From Carpediemonas membranifera BICM (taxonomy: Eukaryota > Protista > Fornicata): a stretch of DNA of 64,000 nt. The translations under genes and the position numbers were made by a program. Shown here one piece after another: positions 19,769 through 31,761 of the stretch (the first letter of the stretch is position 1; each line of letters starts with the position of its first letter). The notes under the pieces are model-generated. The model did not search any database and was not told the DNA's origin. It saw nothing but the letters and a program-made list of their open reading frames with translations. The stretch covers positions 588,244-652,243 of the forward strand of contig JAHDYR010000067.1 in the NCBI GenBank assembly GCA_019828565.1. Reading direction: 5' to 3'.

Positions 19769-22700
19769 CTAGTCGTCGCGCCCAATGGAAAGCTGCTCGA
19801 CGGGGCGGGGAACGGTCACCGCGAGGAGGGAGGCTCGGCCAAGCTTGTTAAACACGCGACTCATCTTCAAAGTCGGTGATAGGTCAACAAAAGTCTTTGC
19901 AGTCGTATCGCACACAATCAAATGAGACGTAGTGCCGAGTTTCTTGACCTCGCGGACGGCGTCGAGGACATCAGAGACGGGGACGTTCGGGGCAATGTTG
20001 AGGAGAGTGACGTCATCCGTGACAGTGATGTTGTCGCCCTGGATAGCTGAGTGGATATAAAAAAGATGGCGTCCGTCGCTCGAACCCTCGACCTCGCCTA
20101 AAACACGCTTGACCTTATCGACTCGCCAAAACATCCTGTGCCCCCCAGCAGCAGCAAACCGGTCGATCACGGCCGAAACAGGCTCATCGGTCGTAATCGG
20201 AGTGATCACCTTCTGCTGGCACTGAAGACCGAGAACGAAGCCAGTAGTCGGCTCATCAGAGAAAGGCGGAGTTAACAGTGGAAGGTCCTGGGTCGAACTA
20301 CCAGAACTAGAGCTGTCCAGACTGCCGGATGGCTTGGCGGACGAGGACCGTCTGGAAAGGAGTGTCGCGTGGAGAAGGTGTCGCGTGGTTGGTTCGAGGG
20401 GTGTGTGTATTGTTCGGACTTTCCCTTTCATCAGCACGTGAGTGTTCTCGGTGGTCATCATCTCGAGCTGAGAGAACGGCATCCGTCGATATCCAATCTT
20501 GAAGATCGGATCTCCTCCAGAAGCGAATGTGCCAAGTGTGGTGTCAGAGTCAGCCTTGAAGTCGAGCGGACTCTTGAAGTCGCCTCGAAGGAACAACTCA
20601 ACCTTGATTGGCTCAATATCCACTAAATCGCACACGATCTCATGAATTGCCCTGACCGTTGTGTTCCGATCGATAATAACCCCCATTCCAGCGTCAACCC
20701 CACCTTCGTCCTCCTCGCAGACGGGGTTGATCCAGACTCTCATCTTCTGAGCCAACAACGTCATGTGATCGACCAGCGTGTGGACGTCCTCGTCGACGGC
20801 GACAATGAGTATATCTCCGTCGGTCACTCTGACACTCTTGGGGGTGGCGGTGGAGGGGCGAAGCTTGGCCTCGCGCCAGCTCTCGACTTCCTCGTAAACT
20901 GCGAGGGGTGTGTCTGGGTCAACCCCGAGGAGCCCGGCCCAGCGTGCAAAGTTCGTCTCAAACGGTCGATTCGTAGCTAAATATTCTGTGGTCAAATATC
21001 TGATAGTGTCCTCCTTGCCGTAATAAGCTTTGATGACTACGAGCGCACCCTTCCCAGGGTTCGGGACGACCACGAGGGCCCCGTCAGTAGCATCACACGA
21101 CCAGTGTCGCGCGACCTTCATTGGTGTGTTCATCCCCTCTGCGGCCATTGCCATTGCCGGTCTAATCGTGCCGTTACGTCTGACAATGAGCCGATGGAGG
21201 GCCACGGGCGAGTCGGCGGGGATGTCTGCAGCCTGCTTGATTGCCTCAAGATGCAAGGCAAGGCAGTCAGTCTGCTGTGCCGTGACCTCGGGCAGGGGGC
21301 CGTCCAAGACGTCGGGGAATGTATAGGCGTGGCCTCTGCTGCGGAGGACGGCGTCGGTTACGAGTCGGAGGCGTTGGCGCTGCTTGAACACGCGCTCGAG
21401 GGCCTTTCTGGAGTCTCGCTCGTGCTCGATCCGGTCAATGTATTGCTTCAGTCGAGTTAGCACACCTTGGTCAATCTTCGGATCCAAAAGCGTATCTAGG
21501 CAATCTTCTCTCATGTATTGGAGCATGTAAGCACACGGGACAACCTTACCTGTCGGCACAGCGGTCGACGACTCGCCCTTTAGTCGCTTCAACGGCCTCA
21601 GGACAGTATCAAGCACGCCGGACTTCACGTCCCGTCCCTTCTTGGATGATCCCGACCCGAATCCATGGGCGAACACGGTCTCCTCTTGTACTGGCATGAC
21701 TGCCTCGTCGTCGAAACGGTACCACCGCCCGTGGAGGCAAATGTAGGCGAAGTAGTGTCCCCCCCTCGCCGTTCCACTGTGGACTAGTACAGTGTTGAGC
21801 GTGTAGTCTGCCGGCTGGTCCGTGGCCCACTTACCGAGTGAGAGACGGAGAGGGAACTCGAGCTTCGTTGTCAGCTTGTGGGGGGCGCCGGTGGTCGTGT
21901 CGTAGGTGAATCGGGCGAGAGAGAGGGTCAGGACGGGGGGCAGGGCGACTAGTTCTTCACGACGGACGGCGTCTTGGTAGCCGTGCTCGGTTGTGAAGTA
22001 TTGATTGTCTCCGACTAAATTTTCAGTCTTGAGATACGATTTGATTGACTCTTGGACGGATGACGACTCTGAAACATTCAAGTTGAGTGCCAGAGTGCTG
22101 TCCTCGACCTCGCTGCGGTACGGGACGTTGACGCAGTCGATAACGTGCTTTGTTTTGAGAGCAAACATCTTTTTGAGACCGTCATCAGGCACGGCGGTTT
22201 CGATACGGTCAAAAAGGATATGAAGCAGCTCAGAGACGTCGTGTTGGACGAAACCGTCCTCTTCACTCCATCCAAAGGCCTTGGTGAGTCCTGACGTCGA
22301 GACTGGGCCGGCGTCGTGCCTCATGGCGAAGAAGAGGCGCTGCATGGCTAGTAGGAGGTTAGCGCCGTTGTTACCCCGTGTTTCCTCAACCGTGGCGCTT
22401 GTTGGAGCGTTGAATATCATCCGTCTGAACTGCGGTATGTGGTAGAGGGCCTGGATGAGCGAGTTAAGGTAGCACGTCGCTCCCTGGTTGACTAGACCGA
22501 CATGGAGGGGTCGGTTGGGGCTGATCTTCACAGGAACGGGGCCGAGCCATTGGAGAGAAAGATCTACCTCGAATGCATCAACCTTTTTCAGTGGAAGTAT
22601 GTTTCGATGCACAGCCCTGTGACCGCTGAGGAAGTGGTGGCGCGTATCGCAGTGGAACTTGTTAGTCTTGGGGGTGGTGGTGATGGACAGCTGGTAGCGG

Positions 22701-23128
22701 AACAGACCACGATCCCATGTTCCGAAACCGACCTCCTCCTCAGAGGGAAAGGGAACGAGAATGCAGGTCAGGCCGCTCTTTCCGGTTCCAAGCTGGAGCT
22801 GCCAGTATCCGTCGTGGTACTTGAACGGGTCACTGCGTTAGAATCGAGAATTGCCTTCGGAGGGACAAGGGCGGTGTACATACCTGTAACTAGCAAAGAC
22901 TAGGTTGCTCGTGGGCTCTTTCCATTCAATATCGGTAATATCCCAGTGGAATTCGAATGGTGGGTCCAACTCGATCTTGTTGGACTTCAATCGGCTTCCA
23001 AGCATGTCGGGAGTGTGTTTGTGCCTAAACCTGCACCTGATGAACCGAACATGATCTTGAAAGCGCTTCCAGTTGGTCCCGAGTCCTCCAGAGATGCTCT
23101 TGCTTTTATAAATTTGATGGTTGGCCAT
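19769..23128 (-). CDS. USP7-like ubiquitin C-terminal hydrolase with MATH-like N-terminus, 2 exons
   Basis: Cys box GLVNQGATCYLNSLIQ, QHDVSE, His box VLVHSG...GGHY, WYRFDD and RRNGTIRP. A 51-nt intron at 22833-22883 (GTATGT...CTAACGCAG) links FEFHWDI...YSDPFKYHDGYWQL. Confidence 0.9.
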
Positions 23129-23187
23129 TGTAAAACAGGAAAGCTCGGCCTCCTCGGTCGGATAAAGCGTAGCTGACAAGGGTTTAC

Positions 23188-23829
23188 TTAATCAGTCTTC
23201 TTAGCGGGAGTCTTCTTGTTGAGCTTCTCCGCGATCTTGGGGTGAATCTTGGTCTTGTATACATCCTTAGCCATGGCGATATAGCGGGCAACAGCGTCAC
23301 GAAGACCAGGCATCTGCTTCATGACAGCGTCCTTGATGGAAGAGATGTCAAGAGTTACGCCGTTCTCCTTGAGCTTAAGGGCGACGGGGGTGCCGACAAA
23401 GAGGCCCCACCACACCATGCGGATGGCGCAGAGGATGGGGATGACGGTGGAGACGACGAAGATGCCGCAGAGAGTGAGGATAACCTTGAGGGAGGTCTTG
23501 GGCTCGGACCAGTTGTAGGCGGTGGCGAACTGCTCCATGAGGTAGGTCAGCTTGTCGGCGGCAACGTCGAGGTGCTTCTTAACAACCTCAACGTCGACAG
23601 TGGCGGGAACAGTGGACTCGCGGTGGAGCATACGGGTACGGACAAGGCCGGTAACGATGTAGGAGAGGAGGAGGATGGAGAGGATGGGCAGGAGAGCCAT
23701 CTTGCCAGAGGCGACAAGGTGGATGCCGATGACACCAGAGAGGAAGACAATGGTGGAAAGATAGGGGTTCTTCCAGCTGGCAACATTCATGAAGCACTTG
23801 CCGGGACAGTTGCAGTTAGTTTCAGACAT
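23188..23829 (-). CDS. Reticulon-domain protein
   Basis: W-K-N-P..S followed by a long hydrophobic hairpin, then a second W-S-E-P..SL hairpin; strong codon bias. Confidence 0.8.
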   Translation of the reverse strand: MSETNCNCPGKCFMNVASWKNPYLSTIVFLSGVIGIHLVASGKMALLPILSILLLSYIVTGLVRTRMLHRESTVPATVDVEVVKKHLDVAADKLTYLMEQFATAYNWSEPKTSLKVILTLCGIFVVSTVIPILCAIRMVWWGLFVGTPVALKLKENGVTLDISSIKDAVMKQMPGLRDAVARYIAMAKDVYKTKIHPKIAEKLNKKTPAKKTD

Positions 23830-24162
23830 TTCAACGAACTTTGGGAAGAAAAAGTTTTCTGGCAATTTTTGCGCATGACGAGTTCAAAGGAATGAGGTGC
23901 GACACGAGATGTAGAGTGGCGTACATGTGGGGATTCTGATAAGCATCTTTGCTATCTCCTTCAGCGGGCGAAATTTGTAAATTTGTGCGAAATACGGATG
24001 TCTGACGACCTTGCCTGAATAATCGTATCGTGCCTCCTCAATTCATCATGGGCGTGCAATTCCTGGGATCGAGATTTACGTAACTGGTCCAAATTACGTT
24101 TTCCGCCAAATGGCGCAAGTATCTCGATTATTGCGCGAAGCCGACGAAAGCGTTTTGCTGGA

Positions 24163-25281
24163 ATGGCCCGTTCAACCACTCTTCAAACGCATTTTGTTAG
24201 ACAGAAGCCTAATGCTTTCCATGTTGATAAGAAGGAGAACATCAGGAAGCTTCAAGAGGCTCCTGCCAAAATCGAAGCTCCCAAGAAGAAGCCTGTTGCC
24301 ATTCAGCACAGTTCTTCCACGCAACCAGCCCTCCAAGGTTCTATCCCAGTTGTCCATGTCCCCGCGGTCAGCAGCTCCCAGGATCTTTCCCTCAACACGG
24401 TCTTTAACGACACCCTCATTCCGCCATTCGACAATTCCTTCTTTGACATTGACAAGGCAATGTTCAATGCCAAGAGCATGTCCGAGTACGCCCCGCGCAT
24501 CATGGATTCTCTTTTCAAGCAGGAGACCCGCATCCACGGTCTGATTTGTCCCACGTTCATTGAGTCGGTTCAGGCCAAGGTCAAGACCTACCGCCTGACC
24601 AACAAGGCATTCACCGTCGTAGTAGACTGGCTCATTGAGCTTGCCCGGGAGTTTTCTCTCCAGCGCGAGACTCTCTTCCTCGGCGTGCACTTGTTGTGCA
24701 GGCTTCTTTCTCGCAGAATGTGCGGCTCCGACAAGATCCAGCTTGTGGGCGCCGGCTGCCTCTACCTCGCCTGTAAGTATGAGCAAAGCGCCAAGCCGTG
24801 CGGCGACGACTTTGCCTACGCCTCGGGAGACGCCTTTGAAGTTGACGAGCTCATTCGTATGGAGAGCACCATAGCTAACGAGCTGGACTTCGAAATCACT
24901 GTCCCCACCGCCCGCACTTTCCTCAAACGGTTCTGTCAGGCCGGTTTTTGCGAGGTGACTGAGGCCCACCTCGCCGCCTATCTTACCGAGCTGACCCTCC
25001 TTGACCCACTCTTCCTGAAGTTCAAACCCAGCCTCATTGCCGCTACAGCCGTGGGTCTGGCCCGCTATACGAACAAGGGCAGCTTTTGGTCTGCAACTCT
25101 GGCCCATTATACACGATACAGCCAGGCTGAGCTGAAGGAGTGCGCCAAGGAGATGCTCAGCGCTTGGAGGTTCGCATTTGAGTCGGCTGATGGGAACTTG
25201 TATTCTACATACAGCAGGCGTCGCCACCAGAGGGTTAGTCTCACGCCGGTGCCGGAGATGGCCTGGCTTGAGGCGCTGTGA
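24163..25281 (+). CDS. A/B-type cyclin
   Basis: VVDWLIEL...ETLFLGV, KIQLVGAGCLYLACKYEQ, LDFEITVPTARTFL and FKPSLIAATAV; N-terminal KEN motif. Confidence 0.92.
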   Translation: MARSTTLQTHFVRQKPNAFHVDKKENIRKLQEAPAKIEAPKKKPVAIQHSSSTQPALQGSIPVVHVPAVSSSQDLSLNTVFNDTLIPPFDNSFFDIDKAMFNAKSMSEYAPRIMDSLFKQETRIHGLICPTFIESVQAKVKTYRLTNKAFTVVVDWLIELAREFSLQRETLFLGVHLLCRLLSRRMCGSDKIQLVGAGCLYLACKYEQSAKPCGDDFAYASGDAFEVDELIRMESTIANELDFEITVPTARTFLKRFCQAGFCEVTEAHLAAYLTELTLLDPLFLKFKPSLIAATAVGLARYTNKGSFWSATLAHYTRYSQAELKECAKEMLSAWRFAFESADGNLYSTYSRRRHQRVSLTPVPEMAWLEAL

Positions 25282-25458
25282 AGGGCGGGGCTGTTGTAGT
25301 CTATCTCATAGTGCTGAACTCGACTGTCATGATTTTAAAACTTTTCTTTGAAGTGTTTATTTAGTCTGCTTGCCAACATCCACTCGACCAACACCGCACA
25401 AACACGATAGTACGCAACGCGTCAAAGGAGGTGGGTGTCAACCAATCAGCGCGCCACC

Positions 25459-26178
25459 TCACTCGACCCGAGCCTGGTGCACCCATTTGTCGCTGAGGTA
25501 GAACTTCTCCGTCATCGACCCCCGACGGTCCTCTGGGTCCCTGAACAGCTCATCGAAGTCGCATGTGCCGTCGCCTGGGTTGACTGCTGCATGGCGCATT
25601 CTTTCTTTGAAGGGCACTCCGCCTTTGGCAACCGCAGCGTATTTGTCAAGCAGAAAGGCGAGCGACGTGCCTGAGGAGATATATCTGGCATCAGCGTCTA
25701 CACTACAGTCATGTGTGAGCTTAGCAAAGTAGCCCGAGCTCGCCCGGCGGATCTTCTCGCCCTTGGACTGAGTGAAAAAGACGACACGCATCTCAATGGA
25801 GGCGACAACATCGCCATTGACACTCAGCTTCTGTACAAGGTAGAGAGAGGTGCTGTCCATGTCCACAGCTACCGTCCTGATCGTGTACTTCTGCCAAAGT
25901 CGAGGGAGGTTGGCGTTTGGAGAAGAAAACTGAGCACCGGCAAGAATCGGGGAGATTTCGCGGTTCAATGCTTTCCAGAACATGCCGAATTGGACCATCA
26001 TTTCATGTCTGGCAAGTTCAAAGACACGCAGGAGACCAGCATCGCTCATACGACCGTATTTGTTCAAATCGAGTAGCGAGCACCGGCCAGAAGTCTCAAA
26101 AGTGTCTGTTAGCGTCTTTCTAGGCTTCAATCTACCAAGAAACGCATGCCAGAAGACACGGAGCAGGTATACGATCAT
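25459..26178 (-). CDS. Hotdog-fold thioesterase-like protein (THEM6-like)
   Basis: GRCSLLDLNKYGRMSDAGLLRVFELAR resembles the DLD..HMNN..Y...D.AR motif, followed by beta strands YTIRTV..D..SLYLVQK. ATG start inferred. Confidence 0.65.
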   Translation of the reverse strand: MIVYLLRVFWHAFLGRLKPRKTLTDTFETSGRCSLLDLNKYGRMSDAGLLRVFELARHEMMVQFGMFWKALNREISPILAGAQFSSPNANLPRLWQKYTIRTVAVDMDSTSLYLVQKLSVNGDVVASIEMRVVFFTQSKGEKIRRASSGYFAKLTHDCSVDADARYISSGTSLAFLLDKYAAVAKGGVPFKERMRHAAVNPGDGTCDFDELFRDPEDRRGSMTEKFYLSDKWVHQARVE

Positions 26179-26942
26179 CAACCAGTCTCTGGATATCGAG
26201 CAGTTATGAACTCCATTTATCTTCACGTAAACGGCTGGCTGTGTGTGTTTTATGAATTTACTCAATTATTCAATTTATGTCCATTCAGCTTATATAATCT
26301 TCCTTGACCCTTGTCTATCGTGTCTATCTCTTGGGTGATTTTCGTAAATTCACGGTCCTATTTAATAGTACATCACGTCATACCTCTCCACTCTCTTCAG
26401 CCCGGCCGAGCAAGCCGTCAGATTGGTTACTGTTATATTATGCCGAGTCGGGTTCACCACATATGGACGGCGCACTCCTTCTCATAGGCCTTCATCTCCT
26501 CAGCACCAAAGAGGAAGATCGACTCGTTCACTCTCTCCATCAGCCCGGCCAGCACCTTCTGCTTCGAGTCTGCTCCAATCCGTCGTGCGTAGGTGTACAT
26601 CCAGCAGTAGAAGGTCTTCTCACCGTCCTTCTAAAACAACACTTCCTTGCTGGCTCAGCCGATAGCTCGACTGAAAGGGTATCCGGCGAGTGTTTTGCGG
26701 GTCGGATAAACATTTTGACATCTGTGGGCAACTGCCCTCCTTCGCCTTTCTGTCACACTACTGAGGCACAAAGGCATTCGCCTGGCCATCCATGAAGCTG
26801 CAGTCGGGTCAGCTCGACACTTCTGGCATCATCCGTGCGGTTCAAAACGCCACGTGGCACATTTGTCTCATCGTGCCGTGTCACACATCTGACTCCAACG
26901 GCAGTTTTGGTGTTGCGCGGTCCAATGGGCAGGCCAGGAAGT

Positions 26943-28421
26943 TTATGATTGAGGGGTAGGGGCGACGTCGACCGGGGTGATGTCATGCCACCATTTAGGA
27001 GCCTTGCATTTGGCCAATTTAGCCACCCCATCCGAATCTCCCACCTTGAACCACTGGCCAGTTGAGTCACGGAAGCGGAGGGGGCATTTGTTGAACGCTA
27101 TCGCCTCAATGGGGACTATAGTACGATTCTCATCCTCGTAATAGTGGGTGACACCCTCAGTGACCCAGATCATCCGACTAAAGGCGCTGAAGAACCGCTT
27201 AACTCTCTCTGGGAACCGGAGCGGGGTGGCTGTGAGGCACTTGTCGCGTTCGCTGAAACCAGGCAGCAGGCCCGACTGGGTGATATGAGGGCGAACTCGA
27301 CCAGCGAACAGCAGCTGGCGGCCACCGAGGAAGACGGTGAAAACAAATGCAGAAGTCATGATCCGGTCGACCCAGAAGGGCAGGTCGACGAAGCGTGTCA
27401 TATCATCATCGTGCCCGAGCCCCAACCGGCCACAATAGTTGCCCCCGCTGATCATCTGCCGATCGCCCATTGAGAGGATGACAGTTGTTGCATTGAGCAG
27501 ACCTGCATGCATGATGTGATCTGGGACAAAGCCAGACGGCACTGCTACTGGGTGGAAGAAGTAGTAGTTCTCCCGCTCGACTGGGCCGACAAAGCGCTCC
27601 GAAGCAGCGCCAGCCATGACAGTGCCGACCGGAGTGAGTATGAACGTCGCATCTCCATTCATCGACACACCAGTCACCATCCTGTGCTTCTCCCAGAGGG
27701 GCAGGCTGGCCTCGAGCGCGGCGATGTTGGGGCAGGCGGGGAAGGTGAGGCGGGTCGGGTCGACAAATTGATCAAATGCTGACCTGAACCCAAGCTGGCT
27801 ACGTCCGTTAGTGCCCCAGCCCCACAGACCCTTGGGCGTCCTGGCGATGTGGCTAATCCTGTTGCTGTGGACCTCGATGGCCCTGGGCATCCTGGCCCTG
27901 GTGAGGGCGGTGTGGTGTCTCGTGTCGAGCATGAAGAGTCGGCCCATGTACATGTGGTGGTGGTAGCAATATTCGTACTCTGTGAACTGATAGCACTCGC
28001 CGTCCTTCTCGGCGATGTTCAGCGTGAAGAAGAACTTGCGGCAGAGGAACCAGAGGCACTTGGCCTCGGGGGAGAAAGCGTTGCGGATCTTGTCGTGTAT
28101 CTCGGTCCTGCGTGGCTCCTCCCCTCGAGCCTCCTTCAGCACTCTGTCCTCGAAGTCTGGGTTGGCCCCGCCGCCCACCAGACACGCCCACACCGCGCCC
28201 TGGTTCAGCGTGTGCATGGCGACCGGGAGCTCCTGCCCCGCCACCAGCTCGACGTTCATGGACAGTGGGGGGCCGCTGGTGAGGATCGAGCGGGCGCGGT
28301 CGAGGAGGGCTTGCGCGGTTGGTTTGAGAGGGGGGAGCTTGGAGAGCGCGGCGAGGAGGGATTCGAGAGAAGGGGCGCTGGTTGGTGCAGAAGTGCTCTT
28401 GTTGTTGTGGATCGAGGGCAT
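26943..28421 (-). CDS. RCC1-repeat mosaic family copy D (492 aa from MPSIH; leader to 28564 disrupted)
   Basis: Family framework; -1 leader allele plus a TAG immediately before the MPSIH ATG. Confidence 0.85.
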   Translation of the reverse strand: MPSIHNNKSTSAPTSAPSLESLLAALSKLPPLKPTAQALLDRARSILTSGPPLSMNVELVAGQELPVAMHTLNQGAVWACLVGGGANPDFEDRVLKEARGEEPRRTEIHDKIRNAFSPEAKCLWFLCRKFFFTLNIAEKDGECYQFTEYEYCYHHHMYMGRLFMLDTRHHTALTRARMPRAIEVHSNRISHIARTPKGLWGWGTNGRSQLGFRSAFDQFVDPTRLTFPACPNIAALEASLPLWEKHRMVTGVSMNGDATFILTPVGTVMAGAASERFVGPVERENYYFFHPVAVPSGFVPDHIMHAGLLNATTVILSMGDRQMISGGNYCGRLGLGHDDDMTRFVDLPFWVDRIMTSAFVFTVFLGGRQLLFAGRVRPHITQSGLLPGFSERDKCLTATPLRFPERVKRFFSAFSRMIWVTEGVTHYYEDENRTIVPIEAIAFNKCPLRFRDSTGQWFKVGDSDGVAKLAKCKAPKWWHDITPVDVAPTPQS

Positions 28422-28985
28422 CTACCCGTCGAAGTGCCTGGAGTAGGCGCACTGGATCAAGGATGGGATGTACCAGAGATGGAGGCCGTCACAACAAGCG
28501 AGGCGCGATATGCGGTGATCAGCGCATCTCTTATGGCAGATGGCGAGGAACTAGCGCTGCTCATTGGTTTCAGCGCTCAGCTCGGTGACTGCCGACTCGC
28601 CGACCGTCGACGGCACTCACCACGGAGTCGCATAGTAGCTGTGAGGCGCGACCACAGCGGCGACAGATCTCACCACATCCACCCGTCCAGCGCTCTTCCG
28701 AAACGTTTCACCGTCATTAGCCCGACACTCAGCCAGCGGTTGGAGTGCAAGTTCAGGATCCAGCGCGCTCTGCTGCAGCTGCTTGGCGATAATGGATTCA
28801 TTTTCAGGCTAGCCACTTAAATTTATGTAAATGTATATGTCGAATGTATATGTCGGGTCGAGTGTGTCGACTTTGCCAGGTACGAAGCTCTCCAGAGCTA
28901 AGAATGGATCAGAAAATTCAAACAAGTCCAGTTCTCTTGTCAGTTCCCCCTCATATTTTTTTTCCATTTACCTCGCAGACCCACT

Positions 28986-29459
28986 CTAGCCCGAGGGCTG
29001 GGTGACTGTCATCTTGGACGCCCGCATGGCCTTCTCCCGCTCGATCTCCTTCCGGCGCTCCTCAGCATCAGCGAGTTTGGTCTCCATCTGTTCCTTAATG
29101 CGTTCGATTTCCTCCTTGCGGCGGTCAGCGGTGGCAATGACGCGATCAGTCATTCGCTTGGCCACGGACTTCTTTTCCTCAAGCTCCTCGGCACGGCGCT
29201 GGTCCGCCTTGATGGCGGCATCTTCTTGGGCGAGTTGCAAGGAATGAAGGTTCTGGTTGGATCGTTCATGGGCCATGCGGACTTTTTCGCCAACACGACG
29301 GGCACGCATCACACGCTCATTCTCGATCTCATGACGTCTTTTCTCAGCGTCTTGGACATCATGAGAATGCTTACAGTGATCCTGCTGTAGCTGGGCTGCA
29401 AGTTCAGGTGAAACGGAACGTTTCGGAGGCGTAGTAAGATCCATTGAATCGTATTTCAT
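28986..29459 (-). CDS. Small coiled-coil protein with stathmin-like motif
   Basis: E/K/R-rich helix containing KLADAEERRKE and AEKRRHE. Confidence 0.7.
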   Translation of the reverse strand: MKYDSMDLTTPPKRSVSPELAAQLQQDHCKHSHDVQDAEKRRHEIENERVMRARRVGEKVRMAHERSNQNLHSLQLAQEDAAIKADQRRAEELEEKKSVAKRMTDRVIATADRRKEEIERIKEQMETKLADAEERRKEIEREKAMRASKMTVTQPSG

Positions 29460-29838
29460 GTTATTCCTATTCTTATTGGATTGTAGTGCGAATTACCTTC
29501 TCGCAAATCACAGGAAAGCTGTAGAGTGACACGAACGTCATTAGACACGCTTTGGTACTGACGCAATACGTACGTCATGTAATTCATGTAGTTCGAGCAA
29601 TGAGTGCAAAATATGCTTGGTTGGGCAATACAGGCGATATCCACCACTTTGTGCGACGTTTACAACTCACTGCATCACCGGCAGCGTCGTCCAATATTTC
29701 AAACGTTGTTGTCTGGCTCATCGACCAAGCGCCGTTGGAGAGGGGTTGATTCTTATTTTCCAGACTGTGGTGTCGACCAGAAGGCCCGCTTGAGCGAGTG
29801 GTAAATGGTTGAGAGACTTGGAGTGGGGTTGACTTCAT

Positions 29839-31454
29839 TTATGAATCATACGGTTCGACATCGATGGGAATGATGTCTTCCCACGATTCGGCCACCTCGC
29901 ACTCGACCAGCTCAGCCACCCCATCTGCCTCACCCACCACCTTGAACCACTGGCCAGTTGAGTCGCAGAAGCGGAGGGGGTATCCATTGACCGCTATCGC
30001 CTCAATGGGGACTATAGTACGATTCTCATCCTCGTAATAGTGGGTGACACCCTCAGTGACCCAGATCATCCGACTAAAGGCGCTGAAGAACCGCTTAACC
30101 CTCTCTGGGAACCGGAGCGGGGTGGGTGTGAGGCACTTGTAGTCCCTGCGTTTTCCAGGCAGCAGGCCCGACTGGGCGATATGAGGGCGAACTCGACCAG
30201 CGAACAGCAGCTGGCGGCCACCGAGGAAGACGGTGAAAACAAATGCAGAAGTCATGATCCGGTCGACCCAGAAGGGCAGGTCAACGAAGCCAGACATCCC
30301 ATCATCGTGCCCGAGCCCCAACCGGCCACAATAGTTGCCCCCGCTGATCATCTGCCGATCGCCCATTGAGAGGATGACAGTTGTTGCATTGAGCAGACCT
30401 GCATGCATGATGTGATCTGGGACAAAGCCAGACGGCACTGCTACTGGGTGGAAGAAGTAGTAGTTCTCCCGCTCGACTGGGCCGACGAAGCGCTCCGAAG
30501 CAGCGCCAGCCATGACAGTGCCGACCGGAGTGAGGATGAACGTCTGATATTCATATATCGACACATCAGTCACCATCCTGTGCTTCTCCCAGAGGGGCAG
30601 GCTGGCCTCGAGCGCGGCGACCTTGGGGCAGGCGGGGAAGGTGAGGCGGGTCGGGTCGACGAACCCAGATGACTGGAACCCCAGCTGGCCAAACCCGTTC
30701 TGCCCCCAGCCCCACAGACCCTTGGGCGTCCTGGCGATGTGGCTAATCCTGTTGCTGTAGACCTCGAGGGCCCTGGGCATCCTGACCCTGGTGAGGGCGG
30801 TGTGGTTGGCAGTGTCGAGCATGAAGAGTCGGCCCATGTACATGCGATGGTGATAAGAGTTACCAGAGAATCTGCTCTGATAGCACTCGCCGTCCTTCTC
30901 GGCGACGTTCAGCGTGAAGAAGAACTTGCGGCAGAGGAACCAGAGGCACTTGGCCTCGGGGGCGATGACCTTGCGGATCTTGTCGTGCATCTCGGGATTG
31001 TGCGGCCACTCCTCTTGAGCCTCCTTCAGCACCCTGTCCTCGAGGTCGGGGTTGGCCCCGCCGCCCACCAGACACGCCCACACCGCGCCCTGGTTCAGCG
31101 TGTGCATGGCGACCGGGAGCTCCTCGCCATCCGCGAGCTCGATGTTCATGGACAGCGGGGGGCCGCTGGTGAGGTTCGAGCGGGCGCGGTCGAGGAGGGC
31201 TTGCGCGGACGGTTCAAGAGGGGGCAGCTTGGAGAGCGCGGCGAGGAGGGATTCGAGAGAAGGGGCGCTCGCTGGTATAGAAGTGCTCTTGTTGTTGTGG
31301 ATCGAGGGCATCTGCTTCTTGAAGTGCCTGGAGTAGGCGCACTGGATCAAGGATGGGATGTACCAGAAATGGAGGCCGTTACAACAAGCGAGGCGCGATA
31401 TGCGGTGATCAGCGCATCTTTGATGGCAGATGGCGAGGAACTAGCGCTGCTCAT
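29839..31454 (-). CDS. RCC1-repeat mosaic family copy E (open from MPSIH ATG at 31311)
   Basis: Family framework; -1 leader allele. Confidence 0.85.
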
Positions 31455-31761
31455 TGGTTTCAGCGCTCAGTTCGGTGGTTGCCAAATTCTGACTGCCGAC
31501 TCGCCGACCGTCGACGCCAGCTGCGGTGTAGGGATGTGAGGCATGGCCATCGCAGTAGCTGACTCAGCAGCCATCTCGCTCGATCGAAAGGGCAATCCCA
31601 CTATGTTGAGACGACAACTCCAAGAACGAGGCCCGTGGAAGGGTTGGCCCAAGACGCCCAGACCCTGGAAGAATGGCGAAGGAGACTAATAAAAGAACAC
31701 CAGGCCTGCTATTTACCCTAGCCATCGTCCAGCCTTCATATAAACGAGCCGCCCGGCCCAC

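Noticed and set aside
26304-26795. ORFs in spacer regions (also 47844-48416, 39385-39690, 52493-52828)
   Set aside because: Mostly non-ATG starts, atypical composition and no motifs; cannot be supported as genes.
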